Under the pieces are notes generated by a model. It was not told where the DNA came from, did no database searches, and saw only the letters and a program-made list of their open reading frames with translations. Made by a program: the position numbers and the translations under genes. Shown one piece after another: positions 27,051 to 37,567 of a stretch of 43,939 bases of DNA (its first letter is position 1; each line of letters starts with the position of its first letter). This DNA comes from Clostridia bacterium (GTDB taxonomy: Bacteria > Bacillota > Clostridia > Oscillospirales > CAG-272): assembly GCA_017628875.1 (NCBI GenBank), contig JAGBYG010000162.1, positions 1 to 43,939 of the forward strand. The letters run 5' to 3'.

Positions 27051-28343
27051 ATGAAAAGAATAATTAGTATGATTTTAGTGCTTGTTATGATAGCTGCTAC
27101 TTTGGTAGTATTTTCAAGCTGTGGCGGTAATAATAACAATGGCAAAACAGTTGTAAGAATTGGTCGTTGGGCAAGTGAATGGGAAAAAGAAGTTTTCGAA
27201 GCTTGGACAGCAGAATTCGAATCAGAGAACCCCGATATTGATATCGTTTGGGAATGGAATGCTTATAACTCACACTTCGACAGAATTAAGACAGACCTTC
27301 TTAGCCAGATGGCTGCGGATATTATCTTCGTAAACCACTGGGGTTGGTATCCTTATCGTAACGTTGATATGTTTGTAGATCTTAGCACAGTTCCCGAGCT
27401 TCAGGAATGCTTTGATAACCTCATCCCCGAAGCACAGAATGCATTTGTATTCAATGGCAAAACAATCGGTATGCCTATCGGATTTGTAACTCGTGTTCCC
27501 GTAGTTAACACAACATTGTTTGAAAATGCAGGTGTTGAAATTCCTACTGACAGAACATCTTGCTTTACACCTTCAGAATTTGTAGAACTTATTACTCCTG
27601 TAATGAACCACCCTGCCAATAACGTTGAGCTTGGTTTGAATATCACACTTAATGACTTGCTCTATTGCATGCTTGCGAGCGTTGGTACACCTATGTTTGA
27701 TGAAAATAATGAAATTCACATTGATAATCCCACAGCTATTGCAGCAGTTAAGGAATTCCAGGATTTCGTTTACGGAAGCGGTATCGTTATTCCTTATCAG
27801 CAGTCAACAGGCTCCGGTAAATACGGTAGTGTAACAGATTGCTTGCTTTATAAGAACCCTCAGGGTGACAGACTTGTAGCTGCCGGTTACAGTAACCCCG
27901 GTAACCTTCTCACACCCACAAGTGGTGGTGTAAGTGTTGCAACAATCCCCGGTATCAAGGCAACGGGTGGCGTTGATACAATTGTAGCTGATACAAACGT
28001 TCTTGTAGTTCCTACATTCAGCAAGGTTAAGGACGAAGCTTACAGAGTAATTAAGTGGTTTATGGAAAAGGAAAATCAGCTTAAGTACGTTGAATTCGGT
28101 GATCTTCCTTGCAATGCTGAAGCATTTGAAGAAGTATTTACAGATACAGATAGATTTGATCCCGAAATTTACTCTGCTTATAAGGTGGGTATGGATAACA
28201 TTTACTTTGGTAAGTCAACCTCCTCCAGATGGCAGGCATTTATCGCAGGTTACTTTAAGAGACTTTGCGAAGGCACAATTACTCCCGAACAGTTCTGTAA
28301 AGAAGTTACAGAAAAAGGACCTCAGTATTTTGAAGAGGAATAA
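27051..28343 (+). CDS. Carbohydrate ABC transporter substrate-binding lipoprotein
   Basis: Lipobox FSSC; FESENPDIDI; lies just upstream of two permeases. Confidence 0.9.
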   Translation: MKRIISMILVLVMIAATLVVFSSCGGNNNNGKTVVRIGRWASEWEKEVFEAWTAEFESENPDIDIVWEWNAYNSHFDRIKTDLLSQMAADIIFVNHWGWYPYRNVDMFVDLSTVPELQECFDNLIPEAQNAFVFNGKTIGMPIGFVTRVPVVNTTLFENAGVEIPTDRTSCFTPSEFVELITPVMNHPANNVELGLNITLNDLLYCMLASVGTPMFDENNEIHIDNPTAIAAVKEFQDFVYGSGIVIPYQQSTGSGKYGSVTDCLLYKNPQGDRLVAAGYSNPGNLLTPTSGGVSVATIPGIKATGGVDTIVADTNVLVVPTFSKVKDEAYRVIKWFMEKENQLKYVEFGDLPCNAEAFEEVFTDTDRFDPEIYSAYKVGMDNIYFGKSTSSRWQAFIAGYFKRLCEGTITPEQFCKEVTEKGPQYFEEE

Positions 28344-28376
28344 TTAATTTATATTCAAAAAATAAGGTGATATAAG

Positions 28377-29312
28377 ATGATTAAAAAGAAGAAAAGGAAC
28401 AAACAAAACCTCGGGTGGCTTTTTGTTAGCCCTTGGGTGTTTGGATTTGTTTCGTTAACAGTATTACCTCTTTTATATTCACTATATCTATCTTTTCACG
28501 ACTGGAATATGTTTTCTGATCCTAAATTTGTTGGGCTTAAGAATTTTGAACTTCTGTTCGATAAAACATCGATCTATGGCGATGCGTTCTATGCGGCGTT
28601 ATCGAATAACTTGATATACGTTTGTGTTGCTGCTGTGATTAACTTTACAGTTGGTATAACCATCGCCTGGTCGATATTTAGACCAAGTAAGCTAAATTCA
28701 ACATTGAGAACTATTATTTATATGCCAAGTATGATAATTAGTTTTGCTTTGTCTATGATGATGAGCCCCATATTTAGCAGCAATGAATTTTCACTTATTA
28801 ATCAGATAAGACAAGCAATGGGGCTTGATCTTCAAAACTGGCTCGGAACAAGAGGGCAGGGCGTTTGGGTTCTTTGTATCCTTTGTTTCTGGGGCGTTGG
28901 TGGTGCGATGATGACATATATTTCAGGAATGAAAAATATTGATAAAAGTGTTTATGAAGCAGCAAAGCTTGACGGTGCCGCAAATATGCGACTCCTTGTG
29001 AGTATTTGTCTTCCACTTTTGGCACCAATGATAGTATATCAGGTAATTATGACATTTGTTGGCGGTCTTCAGGCGTTTGATAACGTTATGGGCTTGGCAA
29101 CGATTTGCGGTGGTAACGGTACTGCAAACATGGGTACCGATAACTCACTTGCAACGCTTGTATTCTACCTATACAATCTTGGTTTTAAGGACTTTAAAAT
29201 GGGTATGGCGAGTGCGCTTGGTTGGATTACGTTTGCTATTACGGGCGTATTCGGTATAGCGTTGCTTGTATTTGTTCAAAAAACGGGCTATTACAGTATA
29301 GATGGTGATTGA
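28377..29312 (+). CDS. Carbohydrate ABC transporter permease
   Basis: FVGLKNF; YEAAKLDGA EAA loop. Confidence 0.93.
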   Translation: MIKKKKRNKQNLGWLFVSPWVFGFVSLTVLPLLYSLYLSFHDWNMFSDPKFVGLKNFELLFDKTSIYGDAFYAALSNNLIYVCVAAVINFTVGITIAWSIFRPSKLNSTLRTIIYMPSMIISFALSMMMSPIFSSNEFSLINQIRQAMGLDLQNWLGTRGQGVWVLCILCFWGVGGAMMTYISGMKNIDKSVYEAAKLDGAANMRLLVSICLPLLAPMIVYQVIMTFVGGLQAFDNVMGLATICGGNGTANMGTDNSLATLVFYLYNLGFKDFKMGMASALGWITFAITGVFGIALLVFVQKTGYYSIDGD

Positions 29313-29313
29313 T

Positions 29314-30156
29314 ATGAAAAAGATACATTTAAAACAAAAGCCCGCTTTGTCGGAAATATTAATGAAAACATTCACTATTTGTTTGGCGATATTGATTTTG
29401 TTCCCATTTGTATGGTTGCTTCTCACATCGCTTAAAACAGTAGATGAATATTATACTTCACCGGCTCCGTTATTCCCATCTGATCCTCAGTGGAGCAGAT
29501 TTTGGACGGTGTTGGTTGATCTTGAGTTCTATACTCCGATGCTCAACAGTATATTGATTGCTGCTTGCTCGGTAGTAATTTCACTTACGATGAACTCATT
29601 TATTGGATACGGAATGGCACGTTTCAAATTCAAAGGAAAGAACATCGTATTTATTTTGATACTTGTTACTATGTTCTTACCTGCGCAGGTAACGTCAATT
29701 CCTAAATTCCTGTTATATTACAAACTTGGTTGGCTTGATACATATTTGCCGATTATCATACCAATGTTCTTTGGTTCTTCAACGGGTATTTTGTATATCT
29801 CGCAGTTCATTAGAACAGTTCCAAAGGAAATGGACGAGGCGGCAATGGTTGACGGATGCGGACACCTCAGAATTTGGTCACAAATTGTTATACCGCAGAT
29901 TGTACCTGCATTGGTTCTTTCCGGTATCAACGCATTCCTTTCAAGCTGGAAATCAAGTATGGGCCCCTTGATTTATTTGCGTAGCCCCGATCTTTATACA
30001 GTACCACTTGCGTTGCTGTATTTCCAATCTCCTGAGTCTAACAGTAATTTGATGCTTATGACCGGTGTATTGATTTCTATGATACCTACTCTTATTGTAT
30101 TTATTATTGGACAGGTAATTATGGATAAGGGCGCTACAACAGCAGATCTTAAATAA
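29314..30156 (+). CDS. Carbohydrate ABC transporter permease
   Basis: GYGMARFKFKG; DEAAMVDGC EAA loop. Confidence 0.93.
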   Translation: MKKIHLKQKPALSEILMKTFTICLAILILFPFVWLLLTSLKTVDEYYTSPAPLFPSDPQWSRFWTVLVDLEFYTPMLNSILIAACSVVISLTMNSFIGYGMARFKFKGKNIVFILILVTMFLPAQVTSIPKFLLYYKLGWLDTYLPIIIPMFFGSSTGILYISQFIRTVPKEMDEAAMVDGCGHLRIWSQIVIPQIVPALVLSGINAFLSSWKSSMGPLIYLRSPDLYTVPLALLYFQSPESNSNLMLMTGVLISMIPTLIVFIIGQVIMDKGATTADLK

Positions 30157-30171
30157 AAAGGAGTTACAAGT

Positions 30172-32697
30172 ATGAAAAAAGTTAATTTGATTGCTAAACT
30201 GCTTTTCATTGTCTATGTGTTGACAACGATTTTGAGCTCTTGTGCAGTTCAGACGCTTGTTAACATTGACATTAAAGAAAGTGATGAGCAAATTATTCAG
30301 TCAATCCTTGCAGAGAGTAAGAATAGCGTAAATACTCTTGTTCAAGATCCCGAATTCTATATGAATGGTGTTTCTGAATTTGAGGTTGACGCTACTGACC
30401 CCAATGCAGTTGCTAACGAAACTTCCTCAAGCCACGTTGTAAATGAGAAGTTCGAGTTAGATATTGATTCTGTTACAACAGGTAACAAATATGACCCCAA
30501 CGAAGTAAACGTATACGGTCAGTTCGTTTCTCCCTCGGGTGTTCTTTATGAAATGCCCGGTTTCTGGTATGTTGATTGTGATAGATACCTTGTTGAACTT
30601 GACGAAACTCTTGAATATGAGCTTAAAGGATACACAATCAACGGTGCTACTGCAACCGGCGTTATCGATGAAAAAGATGGAGTAAAGATTCCCGTTGCCA
30701 AAATCAATTTTAATTCTACATCATCTGCAGCTCAGCAGGTAGGTGTAGCACTTGACAAATCTCAGCTTAATATCAGAGTTGGAGCTGCATTTACACACGT
30801 TATCTCCGTATGGCTTCGTGTTGACGAGGGCTTTACAGGTGATGCGCTTTACCTTAGATTGTATTCATCATCTGAGGCAAACGATACCTTCTATAAAATA
30901 GATGCAAGCGAGCTTTCCACTGAATGGAAAAAGTTTGAGTTTGCATATAACGAAGGATTTTATAGTAGTGCCGCAGTTGAAGATTTCAAGAAAAACTATT
31001 CTTTGTTTATTCAGACATCCGGTATTGATGAAAATAACGGCAGCAAAAATTATGAAGCAGTAAACGGAACAGTTTACGCATCAAATTTTGCATTTGAAAA
31101 CATTATCACATATACCGACGGAACAAGTGCTGTAAACAGTACCTTTACACTTGTTGATTTTGTTGCTTCTGAACTTGCAAATTACAGAAGCGGAGATATC
31201 AATGGTAAGGAAGTAATTACTATTGGTGAAGAAGGAAACTTCAAGATTCGTTTCAGATTTACCGAGGTTGGTGAATGGACATATCGCATTGTTATGGAAA
31301 AGAACAATGTGAGAATTTGCACATACACTTCAAGTGTAGTTGCAACAGAAAACCCCGATGAAGAAGAGAATAGAGGTATTATCGTGGTTGAACCTACTCT
31401 CAAGCGTAACTTTATGTTTGAGGACGGCACACCCTATGCTCCCATCGGTATTAACGTTCCATATACTGTTGACCCCGTTAGAGGAACATACGACTATGAG
31501 TCATATTTCCCTAAGATGTCGGCAGCAGGTATGAACTTCTCAAGAACTTGGCTTACTTACGTTGGAAACGGTGTTTCTAACACAGAAGGTGGTGTTCTTA
31601 ATTATGATGCAAGACAGAATAGAGCATATGCATTTGACCATATCCTCGACCTTGCAGATGAATACGGAATTTACTTGCAAATTCCTATGGAACACACCGG
31701 TTGGTTTAGAGAAAATCAACTTTGGGACTCCTGTCCTTACAATGTGATTAATGGCGGTTACCTTGAACATTCATTTGAATTCTTTACAGATGAGCGCGCA
31801 AAGGAAGATTACAAAAAGCTTCTTAGATATTATATTGCTCGTTATTCATATTCACGTTATATTATGAACTGGGAAATCTTTAACGAGATTGGTCACGTTA
31901 CTGATTATGACGGTGATATTGCAAAGGCTTGGGCTAACGAAATGGGTAGCTACCTTCACTCAATAGATCCATATAGACATATGGTATCTATGAGTAGTGC
32001 AAATGACTACTCCGATACCTGCTATACTGCAGAAGAGCTTGATTTCACATCATTCCACAGCTATATTTACGGTAATAAATATGCAGCAAAGACAGTAAGT
32101 GAATGTGTAAGAATGTATCAGTGGCTCGATAAACCTGCTATGATTGGTGAAATCGGTGCTTCCGGTACAAGTGAAATCGTAAACTTTGCAGCAGACCCTG
32201 ATTATTACATTTTAAGACAAGCACCTTACACAATTTTTGGTGGTGCAGCTGCATCCCCGATGTATTTCTGGTGGCAGATGTGTGATAAGTATGATCATTA
32301 TGATAACGTTACACCTGCAACAAAACTTTTTGAACTTTTGCCTAATAAGTGGATAACAATGCCACAGATCAATTCTGCTAAGAAGCAGGATACAGGAGTA
32401 AACGTATTGTACGAATGCTCTCGTGGTATTGCCGTTTGGGGCTTTAAGGATAATACATCTGCATATATTTATATGATGGATAACGATTATAGTTATGCAA
32501 ATCATAATCCTGAAGAGAAGAGTGATACTGTTATTACGCTTCTTGATATGGCAAATGGTAGTTACACAGTTAGAGTATTTGATACTCAAAACGGTGTAGT
32601 ATGCGGAACATTTGATGTAAACGCAAGTGGAGGTCAGCTTAAGATTTCCGTACCTGCTTGGTCATCAGATTTGGCTCTTTTGATTGAGCAGAAATGA
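30172..32697 (+). CDS. Surface lipoprotein glycoside hydrolase (clan GH-A / GH5-like TIM barrel with a DUF5060-like N-terminal domain)
   Basis: Lipobox LSSC; WEIFNE acid/base motif; FHSY; IGEIG nucleophile motif. Confidence 0.75.
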   Translation: MKKVNLIAKLLFIVYVLTTILSSCAVQTLVNIDIKESDEQIIQSILAESKNSVNTLVQDPEFYMNGVSEFEVDATDPNAVANETSSSHVVNEKFELDIDSVTTGNKYDPNEVNVYGQFVSPSGVLYEMPGFWYVDCDRYLVELDETLEYELKGYTINGATATGVIDEKDGVKIPVAKINFNSTSSAAQQVGVALDKSQLNIRVGAAFTHVISVWLRVDEGFTGDALYLRLYSSSEANDTFYKIDASELSTEWKKFEFAYNEGFYSSAAVEDFKKNYSLFIQTSGIDENNGSKNYEAVNGTVYASNFAFENIITYTDGTSAVNSTFTLVDFVASELANYRSGDINGKEVITIGEEGNFKIRFRFTEVGEWTYRIVMEKNNVRICTYTSSVVATENPDEEENRGIIVVEPTLKRNFMFEDGTPYAPIGINVPYTVDPVRGTYDYESYFPKMSAAGMNFSRTWLTYVGNGVSNTEGGVLNYDARQNRAYAFDHILDLADEYGIYLQIPMEHTGWFRENQLWDSCPYNVINGGYLEHSFEFFTDERAKEDYKKLLRYYIARYSYSRYIMNWEIFNEIGHVTDYDGDIAKAWANEMGSYLHSIDPYRHMVSMSSANDYSDTCYTAEELDFTSFHSYIYGNKYAAKTVSECVRMYQWLDKPAMIGEIGASGTSEIVNFAADPDYYILRQAPYTIFGGAAASPMYFWWQMCDKYDHYDNVTPATKLFELLPNKWITMPQINSAKKQDTGVNVLYECSRGIAVWGFKDNTSAYIYMMDNDYSYANHNPEEKSDTVITLLDMANGSYTVRVFDTQNGVVCGTFDVNASGGQLKISVPAWSSDLALLIEQK

Positions 32698-32707
32698 GGT
32701 GAAGCAA

Positions 32708-34171
32708 ATGAAAAAATCAGTAATTACTTTAATCGCTATTATTTTGTTGGTTTCACAGCTTCTGGTTGCTTGTCAAAAATATGAAATAGTTGATGGAATA
32801 GATAATGTTCCGAGTGGCACAATGCAAATTTCTGTTTTCAAGGACGCAGAGGGCGCTACTTGTACATCTCCCTACATTACTTGGACGCAGGAAGACGGTG
32901 CTGAAGACTATATTATTCAAATTGCTTCTGACAAGGATTTTGCTAACATTGTAGAAAGTAAAATTGTTAACACAAGCAGATATTCCGTTGCTAAAATCTT
33001 GAATTATTCTACCGAATATTTTATTAGAATATTTGCTAGAAAAACTGTTGACGGAGAAAAATATGTATTTGCTATGTCAAAGAGTTCATTTATAACCAAT
33101 GAACAACACGATACAACAGCTCCCGATTACACACAAACAAGAACACTCTTTGATTTTGAAGAATATACAACAGAAAGCTTTGCTGAACTTTTCCAACCTC
33201 ACGCAGGTGGTGATACAATCACAGCTGAAATAGTTGAAGGCGCAGGCGTTGACGGTTCTAAGGCACTCAAACTCACAGGGGAGAAGGGCTCTATGGGTTG
33301 GAGCGCAGTTGTATGTAGCTTGTTGCCCACAGATAAAAAGGTTTGGACCGGTACAACAGGTATTAGATTGCATATCAGAGCAGAGGAAGGAACATCAGTT
33401 AAATTCTCTGTTAAGGTAGGTAAGCGTGGATATCAGACTTGGTCAAAGAGCTTTATCGTTAAAAACGAAGAAGGTGCTTATATCACAATTCCTTATGAAG
33501 TGATGGCAGACCAGGGCGGTGGTGACGGCATTTGGGATCTTTCAATTATGACCTTTATGCAGTTTACCTTCTCAGGTAGTGCAGGCACAGTTTATATTGA
33601 CGATATTACTATTGGTAGTACCGAGGAATATATGTACGATACTACAGAAGAAGCCGCAAAGGGAATAGCTCCCGGCATTCTCGAAACATTTGAAAGTGAA
33701 GATCTTTCTTCAAAGCTCAGTGAGAATTTCAATATTTCAAACGTTGATACAAGTCTCACAGCTATTAAAGAAAGTACAGACGGAAGTGGACACGAATTGT
33801 ATATCAAGCTTTGGGGAAATAGTTCAATGGTGCAGTTGAAAAAGGCAGCTTATGAGCTTACCAAGTACGATTACACTCAGGTTGATGGTATTACATTCAA
33901 GTTTAAGATTAGCAAGGTTAATTCTAATGCAAGTATTTTAATTAAATTTGGCTCATATCTTAATGTTTATACTGCAACATATTCACTTGAAGGTGTTCAG
34001 GCAAACGAATACGTTACAATTAAAATTCCTTTCTCTGCACTTACTCTTGCAGACGACGGTTTGAGTAGTGGAGCGCTTGACTACACCAAAATAGATACAC
34101 TTCAAATATTCGTTAAAGAAAGCCAATATTGTCACGTATATCTTGATGACATTGGATTCTATAAAGATTAA
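32708..34171 (+). CDS. Lipoprotein with an Ig/Fn3-like domain and two CBM-like beta-sandwich domains
   Basis: Lipobox LVAC; two domains running LFDFE...VYIDDI and LETFE...VYLDDI. Confidence 0.7.
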   Translation: MKKSVITLIAIILLVSQLLVACQKYEIVDGIDNVPSGTMQISVFKDAEGATCTSPYITWTQEDGAEDYIIQIASDKDFANIVESKIVNTSRYSVAKILNYSTEYFIRIFARKTVDGEKYVFAMSKSSFITNEQHDTTAPDYTQTRTLFDFEEYTTESFAELFQPHAGGDTITAEIVEGAGVDGSKALKLTGEKGSMGWSAVVCSLLPTDKKVWTGTTGIRLHIRAEEGTSVKFSVKVGKRGYQTWSKSFIVKNEEGAYITIPYEVMADQGGGDGIWDLSIMTFMQFTFSGSAGTVYIDDITIGSTEEYMYDTTEEAAKGIAPGILETFESEDLSSKLSENFNISNVDTSLTAIKESTDGSGHELYIKLWGNSSMVQLKKAAYELTKYDYTQVDGITFKFKISKVNSNASILIKFGSYLNVYTATYSLEGVQANEYVTIKIPFSALTLADDGLSSGALDYTKIDTLQIFVKESQYCHVYLDDIGFYKD

Positions 34172-34191
34172 TAAAATTTTAGGAGGCAATT

Positions 34192-36312
34192 ATGAAAAAA
34201 CTATTAGCAATTCTCTTGATTGCAATGATGCTTGTTTTTACTCTTGCATCTTGTGATTTCTTTGAACTCCCCCCCGAAACAACAACCACAACAACCACAA
34301 CAGGCGCAACTACACAGCCTGAGCCTGATCCCGCACCTGCTCACGAATGCGAACACGCTTGTGAAGAGTGCGGAAAATGCCTTGACAGCGAATGCACAGA
34401 AGCTGCATGTGCTGACAAGTGCGAAGGCCACGTACCCCCTCACGTATGCGAGCACGCTTGCGAAGAATGTGGCAAGTGCCTTGACTTAGAATGCGCAGAG
34501 TGCACAGACAAGTGCGAAGGTCATCACGAGCATAGCTATGAAGCAGAAGTAACTGCTCCTACTTGTGAAAATGGCGGTTATACAACATACACATGTGCTT
34601 GTGGACACACATATACAGATGATGAAACAGCTGCTCTTGGTCACGATAAGGTTACTCAAGAAGCTGTTGGCGCAACTTGTACTGCAACAGGTCTTACTGC
34701 TGGTGAATACTGCACAAGATGCGACTATAAGGTAGAGCAGGAAGAGGTTGCAGCTCTTGGACACAGCTATAATAAAGAAGTAACAGCTCCCAGTTGCAAA
34801 AACGGTGGCTATACAACATACACTTGCTCAGTATGTAGCGATTCTTATGTAGCAGACCAAACAGCTGCTCTTGGACATAGCTATAATGCAGAAGTAACTG
34901 CCCCCAGTTGCTTGAACGGTGGTTATACAACATACACTTGCTCAGTATGTAGCGATTCTTATGTAGCAGACCAAACAGCTGCTCTTGGACATAGCTATAA
35001 TGCAGAAGTAACCGCTCCCACTTGCTTTGCGGCAGGATTTACAACACATACTTGTCACTGTGGTGATAGCTATGTAGATAGCGAAACAGCACAGCTTATA
35101 CACATTGATGCAAATGACGATGAAATGTGCGATCACGGTTGTGGCACAGAAATGCTTAAGCCCAGATACACAGTAACTCTTAAATACGGTAGCCATACTA
35201 AGACTCTCGAAGTTAAGGAAGGCACAAAGCTCACAGAAGCAGACCTTGCTCTTGACTCCAAATATCCTTTTGCACTCGTTGAATGGCAGAAGGACGGTGT
35301 AGCTTATGATCTTGATGCTACAGTAACGGGTGAGATGACACTTACAGCAGTTTTGGAAAGCTATAAGTTGTTCGAATCTCCCGAGGCTTGGAAGAACTCC
35401 GGTTCAACAACAAATACTGAAATTGCGGATGAAACAAATCCCGAAAACACAATCTTGCAGTTTACAACAGTAGGTAACTATAGTGGTATCTATAGTCAGA
35501 ATCTCCATCTTCATGAAGATTTTGCGGATGTTCGTTATATCTACCTTAAGGTTAGAGTAAGTGTTGATACAAAGATTAATCTTAGATTCTTTAAGGAAAA
35601 CAATGCATTTGCTTCTACATATATGCAGGCAGGCGAAAACGTATCTGCTGACGGCAAGTGGCACATCGTTTGCGTAGATCTTGATTCTCTTACAACATTC
35701 TCTAAGGAAGAAATTAAGCTTATGCTTATTATGTCCAACGTTGCTGCAACAGTAGAAATTGACGATATCTATTTCGCACGTGAAGAAATTGAGATTGAAT
35801 TGCCCGAAGAAGAAAAACCCGATGATGGTATAGGAGTTAAATATGATTTTGAATCCGGTGCTGACAAATGGGTAACAACAGGTTCTACAACAACTGTTGA
35901 ACTTATTCAAACTGGTGCATTGTCCGGAACACAGAGCTTGAAGGTTTCAACTGGTGCAAATTATGCAGGTGTTATGAACTATAGTTTGAGTGATGTTGAT
36001 ATGACAAATGTTAATTATATCTATATTACAATAAAGTCTAATACCGCTATAGGTAATCTTCAATTGAGAATTTATGCCGATGCTGAGATTAATGATAATC
36101 GTACTAATGGAATTACTGCAACAACAGTTTTTGAAGGTAGTGACTATAAGATTATCAGATTTGATATTAGCAACTGGGAAGGAATAGGTTTCAAAACACA
36201 GCAATTTACCAAAGATGATATTTCAAATATTGCTTTGATAGGAGCATATAAGGGTACTATCATTACAATAGATGATATAATCTTTGCTTCCCAAGAATTA
36301 ACATTCGAATAA
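34192..36312 (+). CDS. Lipoprotein with Cys/His-rich repeats and two C-terminal CBM-like domains
   Basis: Lipobox LASC; Thr/Pro linker; HECEHACEECGKC-type unit twice; ALGH...APTC repeats; domains ending IDDI. Confidence 0.75.
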   Translation: MKKLLAILLIAMMLVFTLASCDFFELPPETTTTTTTTGATTQPEPDPAPAHECEHACEECGKCLDSECTEAACADKCEGHVPPHVCEHACEECGKCLDLECAECTDKCEGHHEHSYEAEVTAPTCENGGYTTYTCACGHTYTDDETAALGHDKVTQEAVGATCTATGLTAGEYCTRCDYKVEQEEVAALGHSYNKEVTAPSCKNGGYTTYTCSVCSDSYVADQTAALGHSYNAEVTAPSCLNGGYTTYTCSVCSDSYVADQTAALGHSYNAEVTAPTCFAAGFTTHTCHCGDSYVDSETAQLIHIDANDDEMCDHGCGTEMLKPRYTVTLKYGSHTKTLEVKEGTKLTEADLALDSKYPFALVEWQKDGVAYDLDATVTGEMTLTAVLESYKLFESPEAWKNSGSTTNTEIADETNPENTILQFTTVGNYSGIYSQNLHLHEDFADVRYIYLKVRVSVDTKINLRFFKENNAFASTYMQAGENVSADGKWHIVCVDLDSLTTFSKEEIKLMLIMSNVAATVEIDDIYFAREEIEIELPEEEKPDDGIGVKYDFESGADKWVTTGSTTTVELIQTGALSGTQSLKVSTGANYAGVMNYSLSDVDMTNVNYIYITIKSNTAIGNLQLRIYADAEINDNRTNGITATTVFEGSDYKIIRFDISNWEGIGFKTQQFTKDDISNIALIGAYKGTIITIDDIIFASQELTFE
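34753..35026 (+). repeat. Intragenic 114-bp (38-aa) tandem repeat
   Basis: GCTCTTGGACA at 34753, 34867 and 34981; near-identical units. Confidence 0.9.
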
Positions 36313-36366
36313 TCAAATAAAAAGAAATGATGCGGGGGCGCTTATGCGCTCCCGCCACAATAAATT

Positions 36367-37116
36367 ATGGCAAAAATAGAAATTAAAAACCTTACCGTTG
36401 AGTTTACGGATAAGAAAAAAGGCAACGTGGTTGCCGTTGATAATATAAGTACTGTTTTTGATAATGGTATGTTTAATGTAATACTTGGAACCTCGGGCTC
36501 GGGAAAGACCACTCTTTTGAGGACAATAGCGGGCTTGCAGGAATACGAGGGTGATATCCTTTACGATGGAACTGATGCGGACGAGCTTTCGTTCAAAAAG
36601 AGAAATATCTCTTTTGTAACGCAAAATTATTCTCTTTATTCACATTTAAATATTTTTGATAATATTGCTTTTCCCCTCAAGACCATTGGTGCGCCAAAGG
36701 AAGAAATAATTGAAAGAGTAATGAAGCTCTCTGATCAGCTTGAGTTAGGTGTATTTCTAAATAGAAAACCTCGACATATCTCGGGTGGCCAGCAACAGAG
36801 GGTTGCGCTTGCTCGTGCGCTTGTTAAAAAGCCTTCTATATGCTTTTTAGATGAGCCACTTTCTAATATTGACCCAGAACAGCGCAGAGTTGCAAGGGAA
36901 CTTATGAGAAAAGCTCTTAAATTGAACGGTTGTACTGTTATTTACGTAACTCACGACTTTTCAGAGGCGCTATCTCTTGCAGACAGGATATATGTTATGG
37001 ATAAAGGTAAGATTATCCAAAGCGGTACTGTAGACGAAATTATAGAAAGCACAAATGAAACGGTTAATGCTTTGAAAGGAATTTGTTCTTATGACAGAAG
37101 TATATTCCAAAAATGA
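36367..37116 (+). CDS. ABC transporter ATP-binding protein (short MalK-like)
   Basis: GTSGSGKT, ISGGQQQR, LDEP and VTHD motifs. Confidence 0.93.
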   Translation: MAKIEIKNLTVEFTDKKKGNVVAVDNISTVFDNGMFNVILGTSGSGKTTLLRTIAGLQEYEGDILYDGTDADELSFKKRNISFVTQNYSLYSHLNIFDNIAFPLKTIGAPKEEIIERVMKLSDQLELGVFLNRKPRHISGGQQQRVALARALVKKPSICFLDEPLSNIDPEQRRVARELMRKALKLNGCTVIYVTHDFSEALSLADRIYVMDKGKIIQSGTVDEIIESTNETVNALKGICSYDRSIFQK

Positions 37117-37567
37117 ATTGGAAGTGATTGCAAAAAAGCAGAAAAATACTATGACACTTGCTATTGCTTTGCCATCGATAGCATTTGTTCTTGCTGTGGT
37201 TTTTTGCTTTTTAGCTGACACGGATACTTTATCCATGTTTAAAGCCATAGGAAGCACGATTTCTGTTTTAAGTGTATGGATTTGTGTATATTTTGTTTTT
37301 AACAGATTACCCAAATTGAAAAACAATGCTTCTCACATAAATAAAATGTTGAACGGTGAGAAAAAGCATATATCGTTTTTTGTTGACAAAATAGAAGAAC
37401 CTAAGACTTTGGTTGAAAACATCATTGCTTATGAGGTGTATGCCAAAGATATGGACGTCGCTTTTTACTATGAGGTGAAAAACAGTGATATGCCGTTTGA
37501 AGTAGGAAACCTTGTTGAAGTTGATGTTGTCAACAATTATATAGTGGCTTACGAGGTGAGAAAATGA
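37091..37567 (+). CDS. Hypothetical protein with 2 TM segments
   Basis: 158-aa ORF overlapping both neighbours. Confidence 0.7.
   Translation: MTEVYSKNELEVIAKKQKNTMTLAIALPSIAFVLAVVFCFLADTDTLSMFKAIGSTISVLSVWICVYFVFNRLPKLKNNASHINKMLNGEKKHISFFVDKIEEPKTLVENIIAYEVYAKDMDVAFYYEVKNSDMPFEVGNLVEVDVVNNYIVAYEVRK

Noticed and set aside
34342-35160. Repeats as a CRISPR array or a multiheme cytochrome
   Set aside because: The repeats are in-frame coding units without unique spacers, no cas genes are present, and there are no CxxCH heme motifs.
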